A stretch of DNA of 64,000 bases from the NCBI RefSeq assembly GCF_009914755.1, contig NC_060927.1; one strand, given 5' to 3'. The translations under genes and the position numbers were made by a program. Under the pieces are notes generated by a model. That model ran no database searches. It was given only the letters and a program-made list of their open reading frames with translations, and was not told where the DNA came from. Origin of the DNA: the human T2T-CHM13v2.0 reference genome, Homo sapiens. Each line of letters starts with the position of its first letter. The first letter of the stretch is position 1. This document shows positions 27,071 through 39,780 of this stretch, piece by piece.

Positions 27071-27977
27071 TTCTTATTTTTGTAATTGTAATGATTATTC
27101 CATTTTTATGGCCTTACAGGTAAGGGAAAACTTTGAATAATTTAAGTATTTGGGAAGTAAGTCCATTTTTTCTCCTATGGTTCTTGATCATAGAACTCAA
27201 CTTTATAAGTTTCCAAAGTTTTTCCATTGCCACAAACAAGATACTGTGGGGGAAGGAGATGGTGTAGTCTTCATTGTTGCAGGTGGATTGAAAGAAAATC
27301 GTATAGGTTAAGTATGTACCTGCTCATGGTTCCATGACTGAGTGAGATTCATAGATTTGGGATTTGAGCCTAGGCCTTGGGACACTGAATCCCGTATCTT
27401 TTTCCACTCTGACTCTCTTGCAAGATCTTATGACCCCATACGAACATTTAAAGTCACACTGTCCTAAAGAGGAAGCTAGAGAGTTCCTGGCGTCCTCGTC
27501 CCTGCTCATCTGGACACTCTTTATACATTGGATTGAGGTTTATATTGGACTCAGTTCACCTACAACCTCTTCAAAAACTTTTCCTTCTAATTTGACTAGA
27601 AAGTCAATTACATAATGGGATATTGCTAAGTGAAAGGAGGTTCTTAAAATAATATTCATGGATCAGGAGCTGACATGGTTAGGGATGCAGAATGTGGCAT
27701 AATGGTTGACCTTAGGCATGTTACTATTTCTTATAACTCTGTTTTCTCACCTACAAATGGAAATTATGCTAGTAACTACCTACCTGTCAGATTGAACTAG
27801 GAATTTAGTCATGGATTAATGCAATTAGAATATTTTTCCTCCTTCTGTTAATTTTTTTTTTTTTCGGTCGACACACAAGAGGATCCAATTCACTGAAACA
27901 AAGAAAAAAAAAGTCACTTTTATTTTTATTTCTGAATGTGCCAGCAGTGCCCTGCAAGCAATGACCTTTTCATTTAA

Positions 27978-28190
<213 letters not shown>

Positions 28191-28664
28191 TAGCTGACAG
28201 AAGGAAGCTTGGCTGGAGACAAATTGAAAAAGTAAATTAAATTTTACTAGATTGTTCAGAAAATGGAACAGGAGCATACGTCTTGCAGGACAAAAGACAT
28301 ACAGACAAGAATGTATTCTTTTCTGCCTATCTAGCAGTAATTGACATTTTCAGTGATTCTTTGAATTCAGAAGGGGTCATGTTGCTTTGAATCCTCTTGT
28401 TCAGTTCCAGCCAGGAGTATGAAGTCATTTTCACATAGACAAAATTCTCTGACAAATCCCATGCCATTGTCGGATTTAACTGTTACCATGGACAGTATAC
28501 TTGATTAAGGAAACAGAGTGATTGGGTTTAGAATAATGAAAATCCAAATGATTTTCATTAATGTCTAAGTTAATGAGTTACCTATTATTTAAAATATTCA
28601 CGGCTCCTTATATGTAACCTTGTAAATGAAAAATATCTGTGAATAAGTGAGAAGAAAAATCACA

Positions 28665-29260
28665 CATTCATTCATTTATTCACTCACAAATATTTACTGA
28701 GTGACTCCTTTCTGCTATGCACTGTGCTAGGCACTGGGGATCTGGTGGTGAGCAAACTAAGTGAGAATCCTCCCTCTATGTTGCCCAGAGTCTGGTGGAA
28801 GGAATTTGACTTTATTCCAGTGATCTCACGAACGAATTCATAATTACAAACTGTAATCCATGTTCTGAGTGTTATGAGGGCATATAACTAAGGAAGTTTA
28901 CTAATGTTGAAGGTAGAAGCTGTCTCAAAAGACCCTTTTGGGAGAATGATGCTTGAGTCAAGATAAAATGAAGAAATGGACATTGGCTGGTTAGGGAAGG
29001 AAAATAGGTTGGAGAATTCTGATTAAACACGGTAAATGGCTTGCAGTAGGAGGAGTTTTTGTGTTTCTGAGGTTGTGAAAAACAGAAAAAACATGACTGA
29101 AGTACACAGAACAGAGAGAATGTGTGAGCCAAGGCTGCAGGTGTAGAGAGATGGTCCAGAACTAAGTCATTTTAGGATGTACGTGGGACTTGGCTTTTAT
29201 CCTAAGAGCAGTGGTAACCATGGAAGGGTGTTACACAAGCGGATGACATGATCTACCATC
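28665..29260 (-). mobile_element. L2 (L2a-like) 3' end
   Basis: cattcattcatttattcactcacaaatatttactgag ... gcactgtgctaggcactgggga. Confidence 0.85.
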
Positions 29261-31744
29261 TTATCAACTAGACCTCTTTAAACATCAGCCTTTACAATTT
29301 GTAGTGATGACCTTCAGGTATACTAATGTAATAAGGCTAAATGTTTTATATATGATCAAGAAAGACACATTCATGTGGGACACAGTTCTGCCTCTAGTCT
29401 CTCTTTGTAATGTAGCTGTTTGAATACCGGTCACCCACATGTTGTAGATTAATCCACTCAACCATCATCTGTTAATCAGGTAATACATGGTATCAGGAAC
29501 ACCATGAAGTCTTTGGGGGTGCTTAAATGTAGTCTCAAGAAGTTTTCTGTGAAAAAGGAGAAATGTACAACATATGACCAGAAACATGAATAACAATAAT
29601 GATATAAAATAAGTATGATGCATATATTAAAGGTATCATTCAGTCAACTGGACTATCGGATTCACCACATTCTCCAGATCATGCTATATAACAATAGTTC
29701 TGAGATATGGTCCCTAGAATAGTGGGGGAAAAGGGAAAATATTAATTTAATATTGACTAGACCTAGGCGACACAAAGCTTTCAAGTGGAAACTGAAAAAA
29801 ATTAGCTTGACATCTGGATAATTTGTCTCTATGACAGGGTACATTCAAGTGCACCGGAAGTATGTAGATGATTGAAGACAGTTTTCCTGGGTTCTTTCTG
29901 ACATTTTGTGTTCTGTAGAGTGTCTGGAAGGTGGAATCGGTTGATGGACGTTAGGATTGTCCCACTCTGAGGCCACACCTCTGACTTTTATGAGCTTAAA
30001 CACAGGCTGTTTTATGTGGAGCCATGCTTCAGGCTGATCATTGAGAATTTGGGCTTATACAAACTAGTAAGGTCATTATGCAAGCCTCTACCTTACAAAA
30101 ATGGAAATAGAAGTGTTTGTGTCTTCCTAACTAATATGTTTCTTCCATGTGAATATTTATAATCACATTCACTAAATTATAAGTGTACCCAAAATATTCG
30201 TATATTCTCACCTTCCTTTTTCCTTCCTCATCACTTTCTTTGTGATGAGCTGTACCATATGGAATGGAGGTAGATACTGTTACCATTACCGTATCTCTTA
30301 CTCTTCCACCTATTGATATGGTGGTCATATTTTGTTTGTTTTCCTTGTCCTTCCTTTTTCCAAATCCAACCATATGTACATCTTTCTTTGATAGTATTCC
30401 AAAAAATACTATTTAAAAAATCTTTACATGTAAGTATACTTCAATTTGGAAGTGAAGAATCAGTGGGAAAGGTAACCTGGTTGCATGCTTTGGTGACTAG
30501 ATTTTAAAACACTAGAACAGGCATGTTAGAAAGGGCACCCAGATGAGCAGGCTAGCTGAGTAGTCTGACACTGAAGATCTGCGCTGTGAATACAATGAAT
30601 GTTTTTATCTGAGGACTGTAGAACATAGCCCCCTTCACAGAGCTCTCTCTGTGACTTGGCTCTGCTAAAGAAAAAGGAAGTCTTATTAATATAACATTCA
30701 CTCTTAAGATGTGAGCACAAATTAAAATGTAGGCCATTTTTTTTTCTTTTGGGCTGGGTAGCCTCCTTAGCCATACTAAACAATATTTGTTATATATTAG
30801 CTGCAAGTAGACCAACACTGAATCAGCCATTTGACAAGTTTTAAAGATGAGGGATGAGACCCATACTATTTGGAGAGAGCAAATTACTGAGGTCAGAGTA
30901 TAGCAATGAGTTCTAAAATCACAAGAAAATGCAAAGTCATGAGAGGAATAATAATTATTGAAAAATATTCATTAAGAAACATGAGATAAGCTGTTCATAC
31001 TTCATAATTTTACTTGGGGCTAGATGTGCATGAATTCTTATAGAAAATGACCTGAACAACTATGTAATCTTTATTTCTGTAAATTATCCATGTCCACCTA
31101 AAGTCTTAAAGAAAGGGATCTTACCGCATTCTTTAGTATTTCAAGAACATTTCCACTTTCCTTGATACCAAATCCCAAGATGTGACAATCTGAGAGCTAG
31201 ACATTCTTCCTCTTACCTTCCTTCAGAGTAGCCTAATAACCGTTGATATAGATCAGGCATTCGCAGTGAGCCATCCTGCTCATGGGATATATTGGGTGTA
31301 ATCACTCAGCGTGAAATGCAGTTCAGCAAGTATGTGGTTGTCCAAGCTATCACAGAAAACACAACTTCCATTTGACAGGATTAATGCCATTCATGCTGCT
31401 TCATAGAAGAGCTATGTTTTCTCATGGAGACAATGCTAGATATACACATAGTCATCTCTTCTAGAGAGTTTACCACATACCATTTTCATTTGCAGGCAGA
31501 AAGATCAGATGTGATTTTTTTCTGCGTTGTATTTATGTTCCCCTACCCACAGCCCACCAGCTGAGTGTGTTCACCCTTGAGACTTGCCAGGATGCTGCTG
31601 GCACAAAGACCAGTTTAGAGTATGACCTCTTTGGGAATAATATGTTTCAATGGAGATACTAAGGGTCAATGAAAGAAGGAACATTACACAAATGAAGTGA
31701 CATCTCTGCAAAAAGAGATTGAGGCCATCTTGGGGTCAGGAACA

Positions 31745-31990
31745 TTATACCACAGTGGTTAAGAAACCATTGGTTTTGGAATCAAAAAGATCTAAGCTTC
31801 TGTTCTAAGGACATCCATAACCACACATGCCTGTGAGAGCTTGGATAACATGTTTTTAACCTCTCAAAGCCATTTCTTATTTTTGAAGTGAGAATAGTAA
31901 AACCTTACATTCAAAATTGTTGAGTGGATTAAATCAGTTAATTTAAATAAAGGGTCTGAAATTTTACTAGCACATAGTCGTAGCTAACAA
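31745..31990 (+). mobile_element. MIR
   Basis: cagtggttaagaacc ... ttaacctctc ... tgagtggattaaat. Confidence 0.7.
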
Positions 31991-32256
31991 TGGAAATTTT
32001 CTGCTCTTCTGGGCTGAATTCAGTGGCCTGTGAGGAATTCATGAAGATCTTTTTGTCTGTGTCAGTCCTTAGAGATCAGGATGTATATCAACTCCAATCA
32101 GAAAACAAGTACGTAAGTATAGACAAGAATTTTTACTGGGGTGCACACTATATAGGGTGATATATTGAGTATCAAAGAGTTTGCAGACAGGCGTCATGCA
32201 ATGTTATGCTATGAGTGAAACATGAAGCGCAAGGCTTAAGAAATTTCGGTGCTTTA

Positions 32257-32340
32257 ACACAGAGTGTGTGTCCAAGGCCCAATGACATTTGGACACAGAG
32301 TGTGTATCCAAGGCCCAGTGACATTTGGACACACACTGTG
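32257..32340. repeat. 36-bp tandem repeat, about 2.3 copies
   Basis: acacagagtgtgt(g/a)tccaaggccca(a/g)tgacatttgg x2 plus a partial copy. Confidence 0.93.
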
Positions 32341-32354
32341 CATTATAGAGAGCA

Positions 32355-32504
32355 TCATATCCCAAAGTTTTCTCATTTTCTCCTGAGGAGCTGTGTCCTT
32401 ACATAGCTAATGGCATCCCCAAGAGTGTAACACTCAACATCTCATATCCCAACATTTGCTCATCTTCTTCCGAGAAGCTGTATCCTTACATGTCTAATAG
32501 CATC
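32355..32504. repeat. 63-bp direct repeat, period 87, 52/63 identical
   Basis: tcatatcccaa ... tccttacat ... gcatc at 32355-32417 and 32442-32504. Confidence 0.85.
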
Positions 32505-34841
32505 AAATATCTTAGCTCCCAAATGCATTTTTTAAACTCAGAAGGAGGTTCTGAGAACCTGAATATGTTTGCCTATGACTGGGCAACATCTTATGGCTTA
32601 TCAGTCATAACTCGTGACTTACCCAGAACATTTGTCTAACTAATATCACTGTTCTATGAAATACCACTTGGTGAATACTGATTCATTAGAGTTACCTCCT
32701 TGCTGAAAAGCAGGAACTCAGCATTTACAAATCCATCATCTGATGATGGGACAATTTAACATTCAGAGATTTGTTTTTCTTTTGCGATGACAGAAGATGA
32801 ATAAATTGGTGACATATATTTTTTGTAACAAGCCTTCATATTTCATTGCTAGTGCTTTCAAGTCACACAATAAGCAAATTCAGTTTTGATTTGTGTCCCT
32901 AATCAGCCCCTGTTTACTGTGGAAAGATATCAAGGGCTAAAGAGCGTACTCTGATAAATGTCTACATTTTGGAAGGTCAGAATTCTTAAGCTGTGTTTTT
33001 CTTTACACCTCACTTCTCAGAGCTAATAGTTTAAGTCCTCTTTTCAGTGGAGCTAACAAAAAGCCTGTTGATAAACGCTGTTAATGAATAAACCATGTAT
33101 TTCTTAAGTCTTTTATTTTTACCAGGACCCAGGCTCATTAGAGCCTATATAATTCGTTAACAAGACTGTCAAGACAAAGGAATTACGCTTAAAGTCAAGT
33201 GCTCAGAATATATGTGCAGAAATAATTGATGATTATACTGATTAGTTTTTATACTCACTGTCATTTTATTATTCTATTCTGAATTGACCTTTAATTGTCA
33301 CAAAGATGTTTTATTGCAGCACCTAATTTACTTAACATGATTGAGGAATCCACAACAAAATGTTATAGATAAATAGTGTCTAACTCTTTGGTACTCTAAG
33401 ACTTTTTTTGAAACCGTTTTGATGAGAAGCAATGTCAAATGCATTTTTACACCTTTGTGCTTTCTTAAACAGAGGCTTGCCACAGATTAATGATGATTTC
33501 ATCTCTGTGAGCATGCATAGGATTATGTGTTAATGTGGTTCTTTGTTAAATTTTTGGTTCTCTGACTCATCTCTAAATATCGGAGTCTTGGTTGACATCT
33601 CTCTTGCTTCCATCACCCTTAAATCTTCCCCTACCTACCTCTATAAATGGCTTGTTTCTAATTGTGGGAACTGGAAATGTATCAAATTATTAAGAATCTT
33701 TGCTGGTTAATTAATTCATTTATTTAAAAATGAATGTTAAATACTAAATCCTTACAGAAAGGCTAAGGTATATAACTTTGAGGATTTAGTAAGGCATTCT
33801 CTAGCAACTGTTTGGGTAAGTTTGCTAATAACATTTAGATACATGGAATACCAATTAATATAGGATTCTTCAAGTTAAAATGGTCTGAATGTCACATCTA
33901 AAATCCTCATTGTTTTTGGGACACCTCTTTAAATCCTTTTTGGAATGTAAGGTATTGAATAAAAATGCCATGCCCATAAAAGGTAATTATATTTCTAGAC
34001 TTCAGTTTTTCATGTGTAATTGTTAAAAATAGACTTTAGTGTAACATTAAATCATAGTAAGTGTCATGCTAACTCTATGGGTTTGCTTTTAAGTCACTTA
34101 AATATGAAAGTTTATCTTCTTGTATTATTTAAAAATCAATAAATTTTGTAAAGGCATTTAAGAACAAAAATTTAACCTCTTTTCAAGGGAAGCATAGCGC
34201 CACCTATGTTAATTGCCAATTATTCCACTGGATAAATCTGACAGAAGATAAGCAAGATGATTAGGCAATGCTTGATTCTGAGGGCAATAATTAGCATAGC
34301 CTTCTGTATGGTTGTGTATTGTAATAGGTACAAATCTCAGATCATAAAATTGCTAGTGCAAAAAAATGAACTTTTGGTTGTTTTCTATAACTTCACTTTG
34401 TTTTTCAAATCTCCATCCTATTGTTTTGTAGAAATTCAATCTTTTTAAAACCCCTTATCCCACATGGTCCACAGGCCTGGACCTTAGTTACAAAGAGATT
34501 TTTTTTTAAAGCCCAGGACTTGAAAATTATTTGTGAGGCTTTGCTCTGATCCTTCGGCGTGCATGATTTTTCACTAGCCATGAATCCATCTCCAGGAATG
34601 CACCTTGTCCATTCCTGCCCTTAGTAGTGAAGATGTGAAGGCTACTGCAGCATGGACTCTTGGTCCTGACCTCAGGGCTTCTCCAGGTACAACTGTGGTT
34701 TTGATGACTCCAGGTCCTTCCTGTGACCATGGTTGCTGGAGGTTCTAGAGCCTAGGAGCTCTTCAGTTTTTTGTTTTCGTTTTTGTTTTAAAGGAGTAAA
34801 ATACATTTTTAATACTGTATTTTTAAAAAATAGGGCCAAAT

Positions 34842-35065
34842 CCCAGGCAACATAGCAAGACCCTGTCTCTACAAACAGTAAAAAAAAAAAAAAAAAAAAA
34901 AAAATAGCCAGAAGTGGTGACACACATCTGTGGTCCCAGCTGCTTACATTGGGAGGCTGAGGTGGGAGGATCACTTGAGCCCAGGTAGTTGAGGCTGCAG
35001 TGAGCTGTGATCATGCCACTGCACTCTAGCCTAGGTGACAGAGTGAGACCTTGCCTCAAACACTC
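34842..35065 (+). mobile_element. 5'-truncated AluJ
   Basis: TSD aaaaaatagggcca 34825-34838 / aaaaaacagggcca 35066-35079; expanded A linker. Confidence 0.9.
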
Positions 35066-35118
35066 AAAAAACAGGGCCATAGCAGTAAACTTTTGCTCAG
35101 TGTTCTATCCCTTTAGAT

Positions 35119-35267
35119 CAGGGCAGTGAACTTTTCCTCTCAAGGGCAGGTAGTAAATATTTTAGGCATTATGGGTCAGGCTGTTTCTGACACAACTACT
35201 CTGTTCCCATAACACAAGGCAACCACAATATATATAAACAAATGGACAATAAACAAATGATCCCTTG
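35119..35267 (+). mobile_element. MER58A (internally deleted)
   Basis: aagggcaggtagtaaatattttaggc; 8-bp TSD ctttagat / ctttagac. Confidence 0.8.
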
Positions 35268-35275
35268 CTTTAGAC

Positions 35276-35436
35276 CAGCGTTGACCAACGGAACCTTTTA
35301 CAATGACGGACATATTTTATTTTCTGACTACTGAGCATTTGAAACATGACTAATGCAACTAAGGAGCTGACTTTTAAAATTATTTAAAACGTAAACAGCC
35401 ACATGTGCCTAGTGGCAACTGTACTGACCGGCTCTG
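35276..35436 (+). mobile_element. MER3 (hAT-Charlie)
   Basis: cagcgttgaccaacggaac ... cagccacatgtgcctagtggcaactgtac. Confidence 0.8.
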
Positions 35437-36145
35437 CAGAGCCTAGGAGCTCTTCAGGAGCTTATACCAGCATTTAACTTTTACATATCCCGTTAGTTTC
35501 TCCCTTCTCATCTGTCACTCCTGAATGTCTTGATTACAGGCTGGGCGAGGAGACTAATTTAGATCCATTCATATCCTTCCATTATTTTTTGTATATGGCA
35601 TATGTTTCATGTCCTTAATACTTCAGTATTTTTGAAGCACAGAGCCAAGTACTGACCATATAACACTGGCTTTTAGAACACAAAGGTCAATCCTTTATTT
35701 ATTATTATTATTTTCTTTTTTACTTCCATTGTTCTTCTGTGTTTTATTATAACCATCCTTCCCAAAAGCAATGAAGAAGAGTTCTGAAACTACCATGGTT
35801 AGAAAATAAATGGTGGAGAGGAAATAAAAGGCACATTTGTTGATATATTAATATGTTAGAATATTACCATATGACACTAACCGAAGTACAAGCAAAGTAG
35901 ATGGATGGCAACCCAGATCTTTGATTTTACTCACAAACCTCATTTTCCCAAATCTTGACCAGATGCCCAAGTGGAGGCTGAATATCTTCAGCCTTATGAA
36001 ATAGAGGTGTATAGATGGACCCTGCAGTAAATAAATTTTTCCTTCAGCCACCAACTCTTCAAAGCATAAAAAGGGGTCTCTACTGAATGCCATTTTAATT
36101 CAGAGCACACTCCCTCAGTTTTTTTCCTACCATACAGCACTTTAA

Positions 36146-36160
36146 GTCACCCATAGCAAC
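36146..36160. promoter_or_regulatory. RFX X-box motif match
   Basis: GTCACC-CAT-AGCAAC fits GTNRCC(N0-3)RGYAAC, in non-repetitive sequence. Confidence 0.35.
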
Positions 36161-36979
36161 TGTGTTTAATTCTGTGCAGAAGCAAGCCAAACAGTGAAAC
36201 ACCAACTTGAAATCCCGGGAGTATTCAGGCAAAGCTCTTTCCATAAATGCTAGAAGCCATAATTATTTGAGCTGTGTGTCATTTCTTTCTCATTAACTCC
36301 AACAGGCAACGTCTTTAAAATTGGGAGTTATGGCCTTTCCATATTCAGAAAGTCTGTCAGGCTTGCCTGTTAATGAGAAGGAATTCCTGAACTAGGGAAA
36401 TTAATTCATATGCATCTTCTCAGCAACAATTCTCGTAAACAAAGTGCCCTTATAAGCAATAGAAGTATTATAAATCGGATGCTTAGAGTCATTTTAGTAG
36501 GTAGAAGAAAGGGTTGTGGAATGACTTATCAAGTATCATCAAGCAAGTTACAGTAGAATATAGCCTTCCTTAGAAGAGTTTCTAGTAATAGAGGCTTTCT
36601 GCCCCCCACCCCCACCCACCAAAGAGAAATATGGATACAAAAAGCATTTTAGGTTTTTATGGGATGTATAGCATCATATTTATTTTTCTACAGAATAAAA
36701 TGTGATCACAAAATAAATATCAACTATATATATATCTCCAGATAAAAACTTTCTAGAGCTATTCTAACTTTGTCCCCCTGATTCTGTGAAGAGGAGATCC
36801 AGGTATGTGGGCGAACACATATGGAGGCTGCTAATTTTTTCATTCTCATCTTTAAATAGTATTTATTGTTTACCATCCTGGGCACTGAAAGCTGGGTGCT
36901 GGCTTTAAGTACAGCCTCACTGCTGTAGAAACACAATATTCAAGCTGCCTGCTTCAGTCTCACTAATTTGTTCATAAAA

Positions 36980-37860
36980 GAAGTTAAGACTTGAGTCAGA
37001 TTCCCTGGGTTTGAATCCCAGCTGTTTCTGTTACTGTGTCACCATGGGCAAGTTACTCAGACATTCCCAACGGCCTTTCCCATCCCCTCATCTGTAAAGG
37101 AGGGATAACAACAGTCCCTACTATATGGGCTCATTCACAAGAATTAAATAGAGCAATACCTGGTAGGGATAGAGGGCGCTCAACCGGTTTAGGTGCCATT
37201 GTTGTGGTTGTCTTTGTTGATAGTGGTGATTGATCCTACTTTTGGCCTTCGTTTAAAACCAAAAAAAAAAGGAAAAAGAAAAAAGAAAAGTCAGGGCTCC
37301 TCCATGACTTAAGTAGCCCATCTTTCCTTTATTTTCATATAAAGCATTATTCTTCCTTTACCTTAAATACCTGTTGCCTTATATCATGCTAGGCACATAA
37401 CAAAAACTTGTATGTGTTTACGTTATTCTACTTGATCCCCATATCAGCCTTGTGAGATAGTCAGGGTAAGTAATGCCCTGTTTTTACAGGTTAATACAAA
37501 AGACCAGAACCTTGGAGACACTTTGTGACTTCTCTGAGAGTATAGCTACCAACGAGAAAAATTTAATAATCTCAACAACTAAGTACATACACTCATTTAA
37601 TCATGTACTCTGTCACTCATTTAATTACTCAACAAGTGAATGACAAGTGAGCTGCACTGGGCCAGTTTCTGTGCTGAGCCAGAGAACACAGGCAAGGTCT
37701 TTGCTTTCAGGGAGCTTTTATTCCAGTACAGGAGGCAGAAAGAAAACCAAAAGCAGATATGGAAAATAATTACAAGTTGTGATTAGTGCTGTGAAAGAAA
37801 CAAGTAAGACGCTGAGCTAGAAAATAACAGTAGACAATTTTTCCAGGAATGTGTAGTCAG
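36980..37860. mobile_element. MIR (+, 36980-37200), MIR (-, about 37380-37610) and L2 3' end (-, about 37615-37860)
   Basis: ctgggtttgaatcccagct ... cctcatctgtaaag; cactcatttaattactcaacaag ... tttcagggagctttt. Confidence 0.7.
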
Positions 37861-38980
37861 CAGAGATGATCACAACAGCCCTGACTGTCCATGAGAGGTT
37901 ATTATTTCCATTATACACGTGATGAAATTGTGGTTCAGATGGATCAACCCAATGGTACATAGAGCTTATTTCTCCCTATGCTGTTTCTCCTCTTATGCCT
38001 AGTTGCCTCCCAAGACCCTTGGAAAACTGAACACAAATAGATACTTTCTCATTTTTCGGTAACTTCGTAGTTTTGCTTCTATAGCAATTTCCTCAGTCTG
38101 TGACACCCAGGCACATAAGGGCTCGTAGTAGAACATGTTTGATAATGATCCTGGATTGATCCCTTTTGGTCCGCACTGATAAACAGCTGTAGTGGAGAAG
38201 TGAGCTGACCTTGTTTCTTTTCTCCTTTCTTGAAATTAAAATAGGGCAGTATTTTCCAGTTTATGTTCAAACTTTGTTATAATGATAAAAAGCTAGCAGT
38301 CTGTACAAAGAGAAAAGACAGAGCTCAAACTCCTTGTTCAGAGGCAGCATAGTTACACAAGAGGGAATTGTAGCCCTGACTATAAAATTCTCTCTGAATA
38401 TATCTCATTTGCTTGGGACCTTCTGTCCATTTAGGGTAGGCCAAACACAAGTCGGCAGCCTTGTTAAAGCAGATGGTGGAGACTGAAATAGTGTGAAACC
38501 AAGGTGGTACAAAATAATACCTTTAAGAAACTCAAAGGACTTTTGGAGTAGCAGTTGTAAATTGAGCTACCAAAGTGGTCCAACACACTGGCAGAAGTGG
38601 GCAATTTACTATGGAAGGAAAATGTTGGATTACAAGATGCTATTGCTTTTTTATTAGAGAAAAAATGCAATGGTTACACACAGGTTCTGGTCAAGTTTAT
38701 AATAAATAGTTACATTTTAAAATTAAATTTAAAAAAATACAAAAAAGAATACAAAGAAAAAGATGCCAAGAACCAAGCTGAAATGGTTCTCCTTTTGTGC
38801 TGAAGTGTACAGAAATCACTATGACAAGTAGTTATTGGACTTCTAATGTCTGCCTGTGTGGCTGTTAACATGACTATAAATCACGCTTCCAGCACCGAGT
38901 ATATATCAATAGATTCTTTCTTTCCTTGGATGAGTTTTGAGATTGCCAAATAAGTGTTACTGAGCTTTAAGAAGCACTAA

Positions 38981-39297
<317 letters not shown>

Positions 39298-39299
39298 TT

Positions 39300-39780
39300 T
39301 CTACAAGACTAAAACCTCAGCATGGTCTGTAGGGCACCTGGTAGCAAGGCCCTATCTCATACTCCTGGGACTCTGATGTTCTAGTTCTCTAGAGGTGTCT
39401 GCATTTTTCTTGCCACAGGGCCTTTGTATATGCTGTTTCTCTGCCTGGATTTTTTTTTTCCCCCAATACAACTTTTGACAATCACTCACTCTTCACATCT
39501 CAGTGTCACCTCTTTAAGGGAGTCTCCACTGAAGCTCCCATCACGATCTAGGGCAGGTTCTTTACTGTCTGCTCTGCCACCTTCCTGTCCTTCTGAGAGA
39601 CACTTGCCTGTTTGTGACACTGTGCTCCTCAGTGTGCATATGAGGTGAATGTCTCTCTCGTACTTGGCTTCAAGCTCCATAAAACCAGCTGCTCACATGT
39701 CTGTGGATCCCCATCTTCACATCCCCAGCCCTAGGCCAGTATCAGGCTTACAGTAGGAGTTTAACAAGTAGTTGTTGAGG
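39300..39780 (+). mobile_element. L2 3' portion
   Basis: cagggcctttgtatatgctgtttctctgcctgga ... cagtaggagtttaacaagtagttgttga. Confidence 0.75.

Larger units (their letters stand above)
34767..35437 (-). pseudogene. Candidate processed retro-insertion (truncated transcript 3' end or orphan transduction)
   Basis: Perfect 20-bp flanking repeat agagcctaggagctcttcag (34747-34766, 35438-35457). On the minus strand: ATTAAA at 34813-34808, then 18 nt, then an A-rich tail 34789-34767. Confidence 0.65.

Noticed and set aside
32257-32504. Repeat-spacer pattern as a CRISPR-like array
   Set aside because: Only 2-3 copies, no series of unique spacers, no cas genes, and a mammalian intron context.
37255-37290. 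A-rich tract as the tail of another retro-insertion
   Set aside because: No flanking TSD or upstream poly(A) signal found.
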